Shown: positions 18,988 through 29,018, counted from the first letter of the stretch. The stretch is 64,000 nucleotides of DNA from a virus (IMGVR_UViG_3300037089_000656:1980-65979); one strand, 5' to 3'. The notes: generated from the letters alone by a model not told the origin. Numbers and translations are program-made.

Positions 18988-19917
18988 TATAGTTTTAGGC
19001 AAAGATCCTCCAATCTTATCTCAGGTAGTGTTACCTGAACTTCCAAAACCTAAGAAGAAAAAAGTCGAGCCTCCTGCTATTGATAGGGATGATTTATTAA
19101 GAGGTCTTATACAGACAAATGAGGGACGGCAAAGATTAGCTGCCTCAATGATGCAACCTTTACGTCAGAGACTGGATTTAATGTCCATTGCTCGGAGAGC
19201 CTTTAGAGTAGACCATCTTCCTCCTGGATCTAGTGCTATATATGATACGGTTACTACTTCTTTTGCTTTGAATGAAACAGGAGAAGAAGTTGTTGCAGTA
19301 TTAGGGCGTGGTCGTATTCCTATGTTTCAATGTTCTACTAACCAGGAAATACCCTTACGGGTAATAAGAGAACGGGTTTTCGACAGTGTAGAACGGGCTC
19401 AAGAATCAGCTGTTAATGCATTATCTCTTGTAGAAAATACGGGAATGGTCACAGTATTGGATGCCATAACTCAACGTCATGAAAGAGTTATAGAGGCTCC
19501 TCAGATTAATATGCCCACGTTAATGGAAGCTTTTAGCCTTATTGAACGTAATGATTTAAGAGTAGCAAATATATTTATGAATCCTGCTGATTTTTTACAG
19601 GCTCGAGTAATAATTCCTCCTGATGTTCTTGACATAATAGGTAGTAGAGAATTTAATAACATGGGTTAATGGGAACTTTTCTTGGAGCTCATGTTGTTGT
19701 TTCTCGTGTGGTTCCTGCTAATCAAGTTTATGTTACTGCTGAGGCTGAATTTACAGGGATAATGCCTATGAGAGGGGATTTGACAATATTATGTGCCGAT
19801 GATCCCAGGACTCTACGTGTAGGTTGGGTGTTTTTTGAAGAGATTGGTATTTGTTGTACCAATCCCTACAGTGTTTCAAAAATTATTGTCCCTGCTCAAG
19901 CAGCAGCTTCCTCTTGA
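18974..19917 (+). pseudogene. major-capsid-like (HK97-type) paralog split into 18974-19669 and 19669-19917
   Basis: EGRQRLAASMMQPLRQRLD...LPPG; IERNDLRVANIFMNP; then GTFLGAHVVVSRVVP...AEAEFTG...EEIGI. The junction ATGGGTTAATGGGA reads through with one extra T. Confidence 0.55.
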
Positions 19918-20145
19918 TTATCTTGGCCTTGGTGTGTCATACCCATGTTCGTCGTATCCTGATGAACCCGCTGGTGGTCGATCTATGTGAGTAGTTCTAC
20001 TCTCATCAGGTGTAAAAACGTGATAAACGGGTATAATAATAAAATCAAAAGTAAGAAATACTATAGCCGAAATTAAAATAATAACGGCTATAACTCCAAT
20101 TGGTCCCAGATCTTTGTTTTGAGATGATTGAATTTTATCAGACAT
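19918..20145 (-). CDS. small single-TM membrane protein
   Basis: Hydrophobic stretch; TGTATAAT and AAGGAGG upstream on the minus strand. Confidence 0.7.
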   Translation of the reverse strand: MSDKIQSSQNKDLGPIGVIAVIILISAIVFLTFDFIIIPVYHVFTPDESRTTHIDRPPAGSSGYDEHGYDTPRPR

Positions 20146-20202
20146 AAATCCTCCTTATTATAATTATACAATAAAGAGGATTTATTTGTTGATAATTACA
20201 GT

Positions 20203-20910
20203 TTAGTAACTGTATGTTTTAGTTTCCAATTCAGATAATTTATCCCTATTTATATTTAACATTTTGCATATTTCTTCTGGGGTTGTGTCTTTCGACATCA
20301 TGTCTAAGATCTTAGCCCCTAAGGAAGCATCGTTAAATTCTTCTCGTAAAGTTTTTATTATGGCATCCATTGCATTCCCAGTTTGAATCATCATTCCACC
20401 TGTAAAAGTGGATAAAGTTTTGAATGATGCGAGAACGTCTTTGCTGGTTGTTAGTGGGATTGAATAGATTGGCACATTATTTTCTTCAGCTACTTGTATA
20501 GCTTCTCCCCAGGTTTTTCCACAAGTACAATAATCTCTATGCCCTTCCATGCCATGGGGAGGAGCATCACCTATTAGAAAAGCGATTCTTTTAGAACCTT
20601 CTCTCCAGCTCATTGATTTGATGCCTTCAATTATTCCATCAAGAACTGCTTCAGGGTAATCTCCGCCACCTCCGACAATTATTTGGTCGATTTTTTCCTG
20701 TATCATATTAATTTCCATTAAATCGAAAGTTACAGTTACAAAAGAATCCCCTTGTGATGGATGATCTCGATAAAGAGATAGCCCAACTTTAGTATCGACA
20801 TTGAATTCGGACGTGAGCTGACTCAGAATATTTTTCATTTTATTTTGAGCCTCTGTAATGAATCCCGACATTGAGCCTGTGATATCGCTAATAAAAAGTA
20901 TATCAATCAT
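20203..20910 (-). CDS. von Willebrand factor A domain protein with C-terminal HTH-like tail
   Basis: MIDAS DITGSMS, YRDHP, GGGDYPEAV, LIGDAPPHG. Confidence 0.88.
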   Translation of the reverse strand: MIDILFISDITGSMSGFITEAQNKMKNILSQLTSEFNVDTKVGLSLYRDHPSQGDSFVTVTFDLMEINMIQEKIDQIIVGGGGDYPEAVLDGIIEGIKSMSWREGSKRIAFLIGDAPPHGMEGHRDYCTCGKTWGEAIQVAEENNVPIYSIPLTTSKDVLASFKTLSTFTGGMMIQTGNAMDAIIKTLREEFNDASLGAKILDMMSKDTTPEEICKMLNINRDKLSELETKTYSY

Positions 20911-22138
20911 GATTTCCTCCTACTGGTATTCCTTCAAGATAGCCTAATTTATTTCCTTTGAGATTGTTGAATCCTGCTGAAGCATATTTTTCGAACTCTT
21001 CTTGAAAAATAAAGTAAAGTCGAATTATCCCAGTAGGTTTATTTTCCCAACTTTCAACAGTAAATTTACTCTTTTCAACCTGTTGCTTTATTTGGGCACC
21101 TGCTCCGATTCCTACTTCTCCTCTGAAATCCCTTCTCTCACGTAGAGGGAGGACCATTGCATTTGAAAGTTCAGCTGAACTATAAAAACAACTTGCAGAA
21201 GCAATACCTTCTATATTTGATTCAGAGGTGCTAAAAGAATCCATAGTGGCCATATTTAAAGATTCTCCTATACTGGCACCTCCAGCACAGATAGGACCAC
21301 CACTTGAACTGGTATAAGTAATTGCTGGTTCTGAGGGCATAGATGATGCACTCCCTAACACTGAACTTTCTAGGCTCTTGCATCTGTGTATACCTCGTAC
21401 ACCACGATAACCAGGTACTCCAGAGGGGCCATGATAACCATAAACTCCACCTATTCCAGTAATGCCACTAATGGACTGTCTAAAATCAAAATTTATAGGG
21501 AATTCATTTTTATGGTGCTTTCCACCTTCCCATATTTGAGTGTATTCCTTTTGTTTATAAAAACAAAATCCAAAGGCTGGAACTGTATCTTCTTTTCCAA
21601 TACAAAGTTCAGGAACAGATTTCGCCATGTCCTCGGTGAAGTAAAACTGTCTTACTCCTTCAGGAGTTAGGAAACCATCGAGATAAAGTTTATTTGGTTG
21701 GGAAAGGTAGTTTTGAGCTGGCCATTTAAACCCACATTCAGTGCATAGTCTACCTTTGCTAAAAGGCTTATGGTGTATTGGGCATTCGTCCTGGTACTCT
21801 TCTATACCATAACCCTCGATCCTCTGTCCTGTGAGGGGATTCATGCCTTTAACGGAAGATAGTACTGCAGTATTATTAGGGTTATTCATTGTCCAGTTAA
21901 ACCATATACCCCATTCGGAATCTACTGGACATACATAAGACCCTTCTCCTCCGATCCAGTTCTCGGGATGAGCTTTTAAAAAGTCGACTGGGAGAACTGG
22001 GATAGGTATTCCTGGGGGAAGTTTGCCGTTGTCATTGGTCTTTTTTTCTGCTCTCATAATAGATGCGAAGAAACCATTGATATTCATAACCCTTTGCATA
22101 TAAGGAGTTATAGAAAATCCTAATATATCTCTATACAT
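20903..22138 (-). CDS. conserved-looking hypothetical protein with Zn ribbon
   Basis: LPPG...QNY...LDG...VRQF...GIGAGAQIKQ pattern; CPIH...CTEC. Confidence 0.65.
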   Translation of the reverse strand: MYRDILGFSITPYMQRVMNINGFFASIMRAEKKTNDNGKLPPGIPIPVLPVDFLKAHPENWIGGEGSYVCPVDSEWGIWFNWTMNNPNNTAVLSSVKGMNPLTGQRIEGYGIEEYQDECPIHHKPFSKGRLCTECGFKWPAQNYLSQPNKLYLDGFLTPEGVRQFYFTEDMAKSVPELCIGKEDTVPAFGFCFYKQKEYTQIWEGGKHHKNEFPINFDFRQSISGITGIGGVYGYHGPSGVPGYRGVRGIHRCKSLESSVLGSASSMPSEPAITYTSSSGGPICAGGASIGESLNMATMDSFSTSESNIEGIASASCFYSSAELSNAMVLPLRERRDFRGEVGIGAGAQIKQQVEKSKFTVESWENKPTGIIRLYFIFQEEFEKYASAGFNNLKGNKLGYLEGIPVGGNHD

Positions 22139-22163
22139 AAGATTGCCTTTCTGATATAGTGGT

Positions 22164-22183
22164 GGCTCCCTCCGTAGGGAGCC
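22164..22183. other. perfect GC-rich hairpin between two minus-strand genes
   Basis: GGCTCCCT-CCGT-AGGGAGCC; no U-tract on either strand. Confidence 0.6.
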
Positions 22184-22191
22184 TGTTATAG

Positions 22192-23220
22192 TTAGTCTAA
22201 ACCTTTAACATGAAAAGGATCTGCTGGTTTTGAACTTGGTAGGTTCTTCCTGACTATTAATCGAGGAAGATCATTTATAAGGACCAATTCATCATATTTT
22301 TTAGCAGCTTGAGGCCATGTTTTTCGAAGATCCTCGAGCCCTTTACTGGCACTTGCTAGTATAGCTCTTCGATCGGATTTATCGTAACTTTTTATTCCAG
22401 TAATAAGTTTGATAAAGGCTTTGATATTACTGTCCATGCCACTAAAATCTGAATTGCATTCTTCACAATATCCTTTGTATAAAGAACTGCCACAGAAAGG
22501 ACAAATCTCAATGATTTGATCTTCTGGATTGAGCTCCGTAATGCGGTAGACATTAACAAAGGCATCACCTTGGCGAACTATAGAGGGGTTAACCATTCGG
22601 CGGGATCTTTTGAGAAGATCTAAACTCATTTCGATATCAATAGCTTTCTTTCCCACACTTTTATGTGTGTCGAACACTAAACCACAGGGTTTTAATACAA
22701 TAAAGTGTTGGAAATTAGCTCGACGATGAAGTTCTTGTTCAACTTCATAATCTCGGTCCATATCATACATTTCCAATAATTCTCGATCTTTCATTTGTTT
22801 AGGATCGCGGAGACCCTTTGTAAGTTCAACGAATTTATTGGCTATGATAGTTCCGTCCACGACCAGGGCTGGGGAATTTGAGGTCGTGTTTGTTGTGTTG
22901 AGGACCCATGGACTAGGTTGTTTTGGGTCTATTTCATTTGAGATCTCGGCTTTTGGCTCTGTTTTTTTAAAAGGGTCTTTGCCTTTTAAAATAGATGCCA
23001 GAGCTAATCTAGCAAGTTTAGGGTAAGTGTAATCCTTAAAAGTATTAAGGATTATGTCTTCCGTTGTGGTCTCAGCGTCGAGAAGTGCAAGTCCATCCGC
23101 ATCTGGTTCAATACCAAATTCAATTTTTAAGGCTTGCAGGAAATCAGATTCTTTGATCTTGAGAAGTTTTGAAGCTTGCTGAACGCGGGACTCAAATGTG
23201 GGGAAAGATACGGTATCCAT
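22192..23220 (-). CDS. hypothetical Zn-ribbon protein (start revised to ATG 23220)
   Basis: AAGGAG SD before ATGGATACC; CPFC...CEEC. Confidence 0.7.
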   Translation of the reverse strand: MDTVSFPTFESRVQQASKLLKIKESDFLQALKIEFGIEPDADGLALLDAETTTEDIILNTFKDYTYPKLARLALASILKGKDPFKKTEPKAEISNEIDPKQPSPWVLNTTNTTSNSPALVVDGTIIANKFVELTKGLRDPKQMKDRELLEMYDMDRDYEVEQELHRRANFQHFIVLKPCGLVFDTHKSVGKKAIDIEMSLDLLKRSRRMVNPSIVRQGDAFVNVYRITELNPEDQIIEICPFCGSSLYKGYCEECNSDFSGMDSNIKAFIKLITGIKSYDKSDRRAILASASKGLEDLRKTWPQAAKKYDELVLINDLPRLIVRKNLPSSKPADPFHVKGLD

Positions 23221-23424
23221 AATGGACTCCTTCTGGTGACGTTTCATCGTCAACCTGTTTTGATCCGTTTTAAAAAGCAGTAGGATCTTCTGCTCGAGTC
23301 TTGAAAGGGGACTCACCCTCGTATGCTTTTCTGGCCTGCATACTTCGGCTCACTAAAATAAAGAATATTGATAGATTATTAAAAGGATCCATTTATAGTA
23401 CATGTCCAATTGAAACATAAACTT

Positions 23425-23438
23425 AATTATCTTTTAAT
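23425..23438 (+). promoter_or_regulatory. putative phage late promoter motif AATWATCTYTTAAT
   Basis: AATTATCTTTTAAT upstream of the head/terminase operon; near-identical copies precede other structural operons. Confidence 0.6.
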
Positions 23439-23483
23439 ACAAACCATTTCTCCAAGTTGTCTTTCCTTTAAAAGGACTATTAT

Positions 23484-24047
23484 TTGTTGCGTAAATTAGC
23501 AGATTCAATCTTTCACCCTCCCTCTGGAAGTAATGTTCCAGGTAAGGAAGACGCTAACGTTTATATGAACACTCCTCCAGATGATATACGTAAGTTATTG
23601 GAAACCGAGGAGGATGAGGGTGAAATTCTAAAGATGAAGAGTGCTCTTAAACAATGGGAACGGATCTACCAGGATCCTGGGTTTCCTTGGAAAAAGACAG
23701 CTGATAGTTTGAGGGTGATAGCAACTCGGTTAATTTTATCTGAAATTGAAAATCCTCCAGAACAGGTAACTTATTATTACGATAATGAAGTTCCATCTGG
23801 AACGGAAGAGATTCTTGAAAGTTTAGAAGGTCTTTACGATAATTACGACATGGTACGAGATGATATCCCCAGGCAGGGGGAAAGACCTGTTAGAGATATA
23901 GATATAGGTAAAGGGGATTTTAGTGCCCCTCATGATCCTATTGTTACAGATGTTAAACCGAGGGGTGACGGCCCTGATCCTGATGGTCTGGAATGTGAAG
24001 AGCCTCCTACTGGAGGAGACATCGGTGGATGGCCGGACGGACTTTAA
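23484..24047 (+). CDS. acidic hypothetical protein, putative head-internal protein
   Basis: TTG start after AAAGGA; first gene of the terminase operon. Confidence 0.55.
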   Translation: MLRKLADSIFHPPSGSNVPGKEDANVYMNTPPDDIRKLLETEEDEGEILKMKSALKQWERIYQDPGFPWKKTADSLRVIATRLILSEIENPPEQVTYYYDNEVPSGTEEILESLEGLYDNYDMVRDDIPRQGERPVRDIDIGKGDFSAPHDPIVTDVKPRGDGPDPDGLECEEPPTGGDIGGWPDGL

Positions 24048-24059
24048 AGGAGATATTTT

Positions 24060-24338
24060 ATGGAAGAACCTACCTGGGATATGATGTATGAGACTCTTTC
24101 GAAAGATGCTAATTCGATCAAGCATGAAGTAGAAGCTTGTGGTATGGATGAATATCTTAATGGTAATAAGATTAAGGTTGCATCCTTAAGTGACCTTTCG
24201 AGTTTTTTTCGAGTAAGCACTGATACCTTGGTACATAAGGCCGAAAAGGACTTATGGAGAATTAGTGAGGATACAAACGGGAAAGTTGTTATAGAACGTC
24301 TTTTTAATCCAGACACTAAACAGCCTCTTAAAATATAA
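24060..24338 (+). CDS. hypothetical virion-associated protein
   Basis: AAAGGAG SD; KVAS...LVHKAEKDLWRI. Confidence 0.65.
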   Translation: MEEPTWDMMYETLSKDANSIKHEVEACGMDEYLNGNKIKVASLSDLSSFFRVSTDTLVHKAEKDLWRISEDTNGKVVIERLFNPDTKQPLKI

Positions 24339-24349
24339 GGACCATTAAT

Positions 24350-24907
24350 ATGGCACGACAGAGATTTACAGATAATCCAGAATTAATGAAGACTGCAGGG
24401 GCTTCCCTTCGACGTGAGATCCCTGAGGATTTTACGTACAATCCTAAGAAATTAAAGCATCTGAAGCATATTCTCCATAATGTTAGTATTGCTTTAGGTA
24501 CGTTAACTTCAGCTCTTAATGAATTCTCTCGTGTAAAAAGCCCTGAAATAAGCCCTGATGGAAAACTTGGAGGCATTGGCTATGTTATTCCAGTCAATGA
24601 GATCAAGCAGGCGATTAATACGTCAGTTCATTCGTTGAGTAATGTTGCTGATTGTATTGCAGATGAGCTTACTAATCCTCGTTGGAATGCCGAGAAGGAT
24701 TCTGAGGTTAAAGAGCTTATTAAAGAGAAGGATGATGCTGTAGATAAAGTTGAGGAAACACCGGCCATAGATGATGACATTAACTCAGAGGATATAGTTA
24801 CCCTTGAAGACGAAAATAAACCAGAAGACAATGAGAAAAAAGCTCACGGTAGTCAGGTTTTAGCCTCTGCAGTAAAACAGTCTCTGGTTAAATATTTTCG
24901 AAATTAA
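24350..24907 (+). CDS. hypothetical virion-associated protein
   Basis: AAGGA SD; ISPDGKLGGIGY. Confidence 0.65.
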   Translation: MARQRFTDNPELMKTAGASLRREIPEDFTYNPKKLKHLKHILHNVSIALGTLTSALNEFSRVKSPEISPDGKLGGIGYVIPVNEIKQAINTSVHSLSNVADCIADELTNPRWNAEKDSEVKELIKEKDDAVDKVEETPAIDDDINSEDIVTLEDENKPEDNEKKAHGSQVLASAVKQSLVKYFRN

Positions 24908-24923
24908 AAAAAGGAGTCTTAAT

Positions 24924-26474
24924 ATGTTAGGCGATCTTCCCCAAGATATCATTGGTACAAATCCGACGTATCCTTCTGTGGTAAATCATGATTGGTTGAC
25001 CCCGGATCCTGCTTCTTACGATAATTACCCCTCTGATAATAATTCAGTTCGGGTTCTTCCCAAGCTTGCAGATCTTTGGGGAACTAAAGAGAGCACAGGT
25101 ATTAATCTTGTTCCTAATACAGGAGCTCAGCCCCTTGCATGTTATGCTAAGGAAGAGAAGAAAGATACCGAAGTAGTTGACGAGGTTGTTCGTGATGCCA
25201 AACAAGCTATGATGCTTGGATACAAGGGCAAGAACTTTGTTGACCATCTACGTTCTCGACATTCATCAGATAGTATCCTAAAGGCTAAAGAGGCCCTTGG
25301 AAAGCTTTCAAGTGAACAAGGCTTATTGGGTAATGTTTATATCGATGCTTCTGCCTTTTCTTCAGCTCGAGAAGCTGAAGAATTTTTGAAGCTCCACCGT
25401 ACCCGTCTTGCTCGTGAAATTGTAGTCAATGCAAGTAAGGTTAATGGCGACGTTATTAGTTTATTGGCTTCAAAGTTTCGTAAGAATGTAGTAGCAAGTG
25501 TCACCTATAATGAGGATCTTTTTGCTCAGTATAAGACTCATCTGGTAGAAGCTGGTCGAATCAGTAAAGATTTTATTATTGATTCAAAAGAATCTCTCCG
25601 TCAGGCTTTCTTGCATGTTAAAATTAAAGAGGCGACAACTAAGGTTGCTAAAGGCCCTGTAAAGATCAGTGCTGAGGTTGCTAACAAGGAATTGAATTTA
25701 AAAGGCGAGAAGCTTGCTAATATCGATAAACTTGTTAAAGAAGAACTTGGGTTTAAGACTGTTCGACCAATTATTACTTTTGCTCGGGAACAGCTAGCAA
25801 AAGGAAAGTCTCGTAGCGATCTTAAAGAGATGCTTGGGAAAAAGTATGCTGTTGAAGATCTAAAACAATCTGCAAAATATCTTGCCATGGTAATATCTAC
25901 TGACGGTCTTATTCCTGAGAATGTGGATAAACTTGTTACTGCGAATGAGATTCCTGATTCTATTGGAGAAGAACTGAAGAAACTTGGAAAAAAGAATCCT
26001 ATTAAAGAGGAAGAAGAAGTTAAAGAGAAATCAGCTCGTTCGATCGGTCAGCAAGGTTATTTCTATAATCTTACAGGAAAACCTGTTACTTCTGAGCATC
26101 AGGCTTCTGCATTAGAATCTTTGAGAAAAGGTGATAGTATCAGAAATGTGGCTCAAATGCTTGCAAGTAAACTCCCGATCGACCAGGCAAAAAATGTTTT
26201 GGCCAGTGCTTTGACTGCTTTCAATGCTTCACCTATTGGCGTAAAAGCTAATGCTCCAGTTAAAGTTGAAAAAGAAAAAGCTCCTGAACTTAAGAAAAAA
26301 GAGACTCTTCCTGATCCTAAGACTATTGAAGCTAAGAGTCAGGAAATACTGAGCTTTTTTGAAGGTTCGAATAGTGGAGATATCGACATTGATTTGAGTC
26401 CTGTTGTTGAAGGTAATTTAGACATTGGTGATTTAAATCATCGCTCAGGTCTCGACGTAACCATAAGTGGGTAG
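24924..26474 (+). CDS. hypothetical virion/head protein
   Basis: AAGGAG SD; EQGLLGNVYIDAS; K/E/A-rich. Confidence 0.65.
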   Translation: MLGDLPQDIIGTNPTYPSVVNHDWLTPDPASYDNYPSDNNSVRVLPKLADLWGTKESTGINLVPNTGAQPLACYAKEEKKDTEVVDEVVRDAKQAMMLGYKGKNFVDHLRSRHSSDSILKAKEALGKLSSEQGLLGNVYIDASAFSSAREAEEFLKLHRTRLAREIVVNASKVNGDVISLLASKFRKNVVASVTYNEDLFAQYKTHLVEAGRISKDFIIDSKESLRQAFLHVKIKEATTKVAKGPVKISAEVANKELNLKGEKLANIDKLVKEELGFKTVRPIITFAREQLAKGKSRSDLKEMLGKKYAVEDLKQSAKYLAMVISTDGLIPENVDKLVTANEIPDSIGEELKKLGKKNPIKEEEEVKEKSARSIGQQGYFYNLTGKPVTSEHQASALESLRKGDSIRNVAQMLASKLPIDQAKNVLASALTAFNASPIGVKANAPVKVEKEKAPELKKKETLPDPKTIEAKSQEILSFFEGSNSGDIDIDLSPVVEGNLDIGDLNHRSGLDVTISG

Positions 26475-26481
26475 GTAAGTT

Positions 26482-27012
26482 ATGGCGACAACACAAATTA
26501 GTCAGTTAAATCTCGATATTCTTGAAGCTGTGAAAGGACCGGATATGATTTCGGTCCCTACCACACTTGAAGAGGTTTCTGTCACGCCTGCTGAGGAGCT
26601 GTCTAATGACGAGATTTGTATTGCCATTAGAGATGATGATTCTCCTGACACGGTCTTGAAAACAGTTCTAATGGGTCTGGCAGAAGAACAGAATTCTTTG
26701 AAAGACCTTCGTGTTAAAAAGGGTAGAGATGGTAAGGATACTTCTTTTATCTCTTTGAAACGCGGAACTCTTTTAAAATACATGTCTGAAACCCTTATTC
26801 AGAAGCAGGCCCTGGTAGGGACTTCAAGTGATTTGGATCTTAGAGGCCCTAAGTTTCGAGAAGTATTTAAATTGTTTTTACAAATAATATCCAATACATT
26901 CGATGAAATAAAAATCCCTGCGGAATATAGGGAGATGTTTTTTCATGCTTTTAAGAAGAATCTCGAAGGCTGGGAGTTGAAGGCCGAAAAGCTTGCTAAA
27001 ACAGTTATGTAA
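26482..27012 (+). CDS. hypothetical protein, possible terminase small subunit
   Basis: Helical 176-aa ORF directly upstream of TerL (positional inference only). Confidence 0.45.
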   Translation: MATTQISQLNLDILEAVKGPDMISVPTTLEEVSVTPAEELSNDEICIAIRDDDSPDTVLKTVLMGLAEEQNSLKDLRVKKGRDGKDTSFISLKRGTLLKYMSETLIQKQALVGTSSDLDLRGPKFREVFKLFLQIISNTFDEIKIPAEYREMFFHAFKKNLEGWELKAEKLAKTVM

Positions 27013-27028
27013 ATAGAAATAAAATAAA

Positions 27029-28936
27029 ATGAGTATTTCTGATCTATGTACTACCTTTATAAACTCTGCTAAGTTAAAGGATGATACAGAGCGGAACATT
27101 ATTGAATTTGCTGAGGCTCCATGGGGCCTCGGTCTTGGTACTGCAGGTATTCCTCCTCTTTTTCCTGTTCAGAAATTCATCTTCAATTGTTATTACAATA
27201 TTCCTCTGGATAACACCGAAAAAAGAATCCGAATTAAGGATAAGTTCAATGAACAGGATCGTTACCATTTTACAGAAGTAGAGTATTTAAATTTCTTATA
27301 TAATGAGGGTCGCTGTAATGTTAATGAAGTCACAGGTGACCCTAAAAAAAGTCGATCTAATCTCCATCTTGTTATTGGGCGCCGTGGTTTAAAAACAAGC
27401 AGTATTGCTGTCTTGGTTGCTTACGAAACATATAAACTTTTGAAAAAAGTCAGTCCCCAGGAATATTATGGGGTCATGCCTGATGATGAGATACGAATTT
27501 CCTGCCTTGCTACGAACCAAGAACAGGCTTCGGAACTTTTCCGAAGGATTGCAGGTCATCTTGAAAGCTCCGATTATTTCCGAAAATTTAGAAATAAGCC
27601 CACACTCAGTTATATGCAGTTAAGCACTCAACGTGATATAGATAAATACGGGGAAAGTGGCCGGCCATCGTTGCGAATTGTTGCAGCTCCTTGTAGTGGC
27701 AGAGGTCTCCGTGGACACAATAATATTATTGCAGTCATGGATGAAATGGCTTATTTCTTCGAGAGTGACAGCTCCGTGGATAAATCGGATGAAGAAATCT
27801 ATAATGCAGTTACGCCTTCCATTATAAGGTTTAATCGCCCGGACGGGGAACCTGATGGACGTATTATTTGTATTTCTTCTCCTGCCGCCAGGACAGGAAA
27901 GTTTTATGAACTTTATCAGAAATCCATGGATAAGGAATGTACCAATTTATTAATGATACAGGCGCCGACCTGGGAGGTTGATTATACCCTATCTCCTAAA
28001 GCTTTGCGATCGGCTTACATCGATAATCCGATTTCTTATATGTGTGAGTACGGGGCTCAGTTTAGCGATCGTGTTTCAGCATGGATTGATAATGAGCAAA
28101 TTCTCAGAGTAAATATCGTACCAAATCTTAAAGCTAAAAAAATGAGTTATGCTCGAATACCTCATTTTATGGGAATTGACGTTGGTCTTAAAAATGACGG
28201 TACGGCTATTGCAATTTGCCATATAGCTAAACAATCTGTTGATGGGGCTTTGCGAGATTTTATTGAGTTAGATTTTATTGATGTTAGGTACGCTTCAGAT
28301 GAAGGCAAGGAACATTTTCAACCAGATGAAATGGCTAAATGGATTGCGGAGTGTGCCAGCAAATTCTTTATTTGTAAGGGTATGATGGACCAATATTATG
28401 GATTGGCAATGCTTCCTGTTCTTCATGATAAAGGGTATAAACAAATAGAGTCTGTTCATTGTAGTAGGGAATTTAATTCAAAGATCTATCAAAATTTAAT
28501 GACAAAGATGTTAGATGCGACATTAAGAATTCCCGAAGACGAGCCTCATCTTATTGATGGAAAAATGTCTAAAGATTTGCCTTTGATTACTGAGATGTTA
28601 AGACTTCAGGCTGTAATTCATTCTAAATATATGATTTCTGTTCAAGCCCCTGAGCTAAAAGGTCATCATGATGATCTTTCCGATGCTTTTGCTCGAGCTG
28701 TTTATTTGGCTACTGATTTTATGACCAGTGGTGGAATGGTTGCTAATAAAATTGTACAATCTACTTCCGAGTCATCTGGTTCCTATCGGCAGTATTATCT
28801 AAAACAGAAAAAGACTGCTTCTTATACTATGAGACCGACGGCTGCGTATCAAGCAGAGTTGGCTCGAAAGTCCGCCGGATCTATGCTGGACAGACATTCT
28901 TTGTCTCGTCTGGGAACTCCTGGTCGATTCCGTTAG
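27029..28936 (+). CDS. terL: terminase large subunit
   Basis: Walker A-like IGRRGLKT, GLRG, Walker B AVMDEMA, coupling motif ICISSP, EYGAQF, nuclease MGIDVG and HDDLSDA. Confidence 0.88.
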   Translation: MSISDLCTTFINSAKLKDDTERNIIEFAEAPWGLGLGTAGIPPLFPVQKFIFNCYYNIPLDNTEKRIRIKDKFNEQDRYHFTEVEYLNFLYNEGRCNVNEVTGDPKKSRSNLHLVIGRRGLKTSSIAVLVAYETYKLLKKVSPQEYYGVMPDDEIRISCLATNQEQASELFRRIAGHLESSDYFRKFRNKPTLSYMQLSTQRDIDKYGESGRPSLRIVAAPCSGRGLRGHNNIIAVMDEMAYFFESDSSVDKSDEEIYNAVTPSIIRFNRPDGEPDGRIICISSPAARTGKFYELYQKSMDKECTNLLMIQAPTWEVDYTLSPKALRSAYIDNPISYMCEYGAQFSDRVSAWIDNEQILRVNIVPNLKAKKMSYARIPHFMGIDVGLKNDGTAIAICHIAKQSVDGALRDFIELDFIDVRYASDEGKEHFQPDEMAKWIAECASKFFICKGMMDQYYGLAMLPVLHDKGYKQIESVHCSREFNSKIYQNLMTKMLDATLRIPEDEPHLIDGKMSKDLPLITEMLRLQAVIHSKYMISVQAPELKGHHDDLSDAFARAVYLATDFMTSGGMVANKIVQSTSESSGSYRQYYLKQKKTASYTMRPTAAYQAELARKSAGSMLDRHSLSRLGTPGRFR

Positions 28937-28937
28937 C

Positions 28938-28951
28938 AATAATCTCTTAAT
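28938..28951 (+). promoter_or_regulatory. putative late promoter motif
   Basis: AATAATCTCTTAAT upstream of the 1810-aa fibre gene. Confidence 0.6.
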
Positions 28952-29018
28952 TTTCAAAATTAATTACCAGTTATAGCTAAACCGGCCTTTTACATTTGTT
29001 TTAAAAAAGGTAGTTAAA

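Noticed and set aside
2087-27268. Minus-strand ORFs antisense to identified genes (2087, 5894, 6042, 6737, 13810, 24044, 25601, 26502 and others)
   Set aside because: They overlap well-supported plus-strand genes and have no recognisable motifs.
27029-28936. Intein or intron in terminase (also checked dnaX, uvrD)
   Set aside because: Motif spacing and lengths are ordinary; I saw no intein C...HN or LAGLIDADG blocks.
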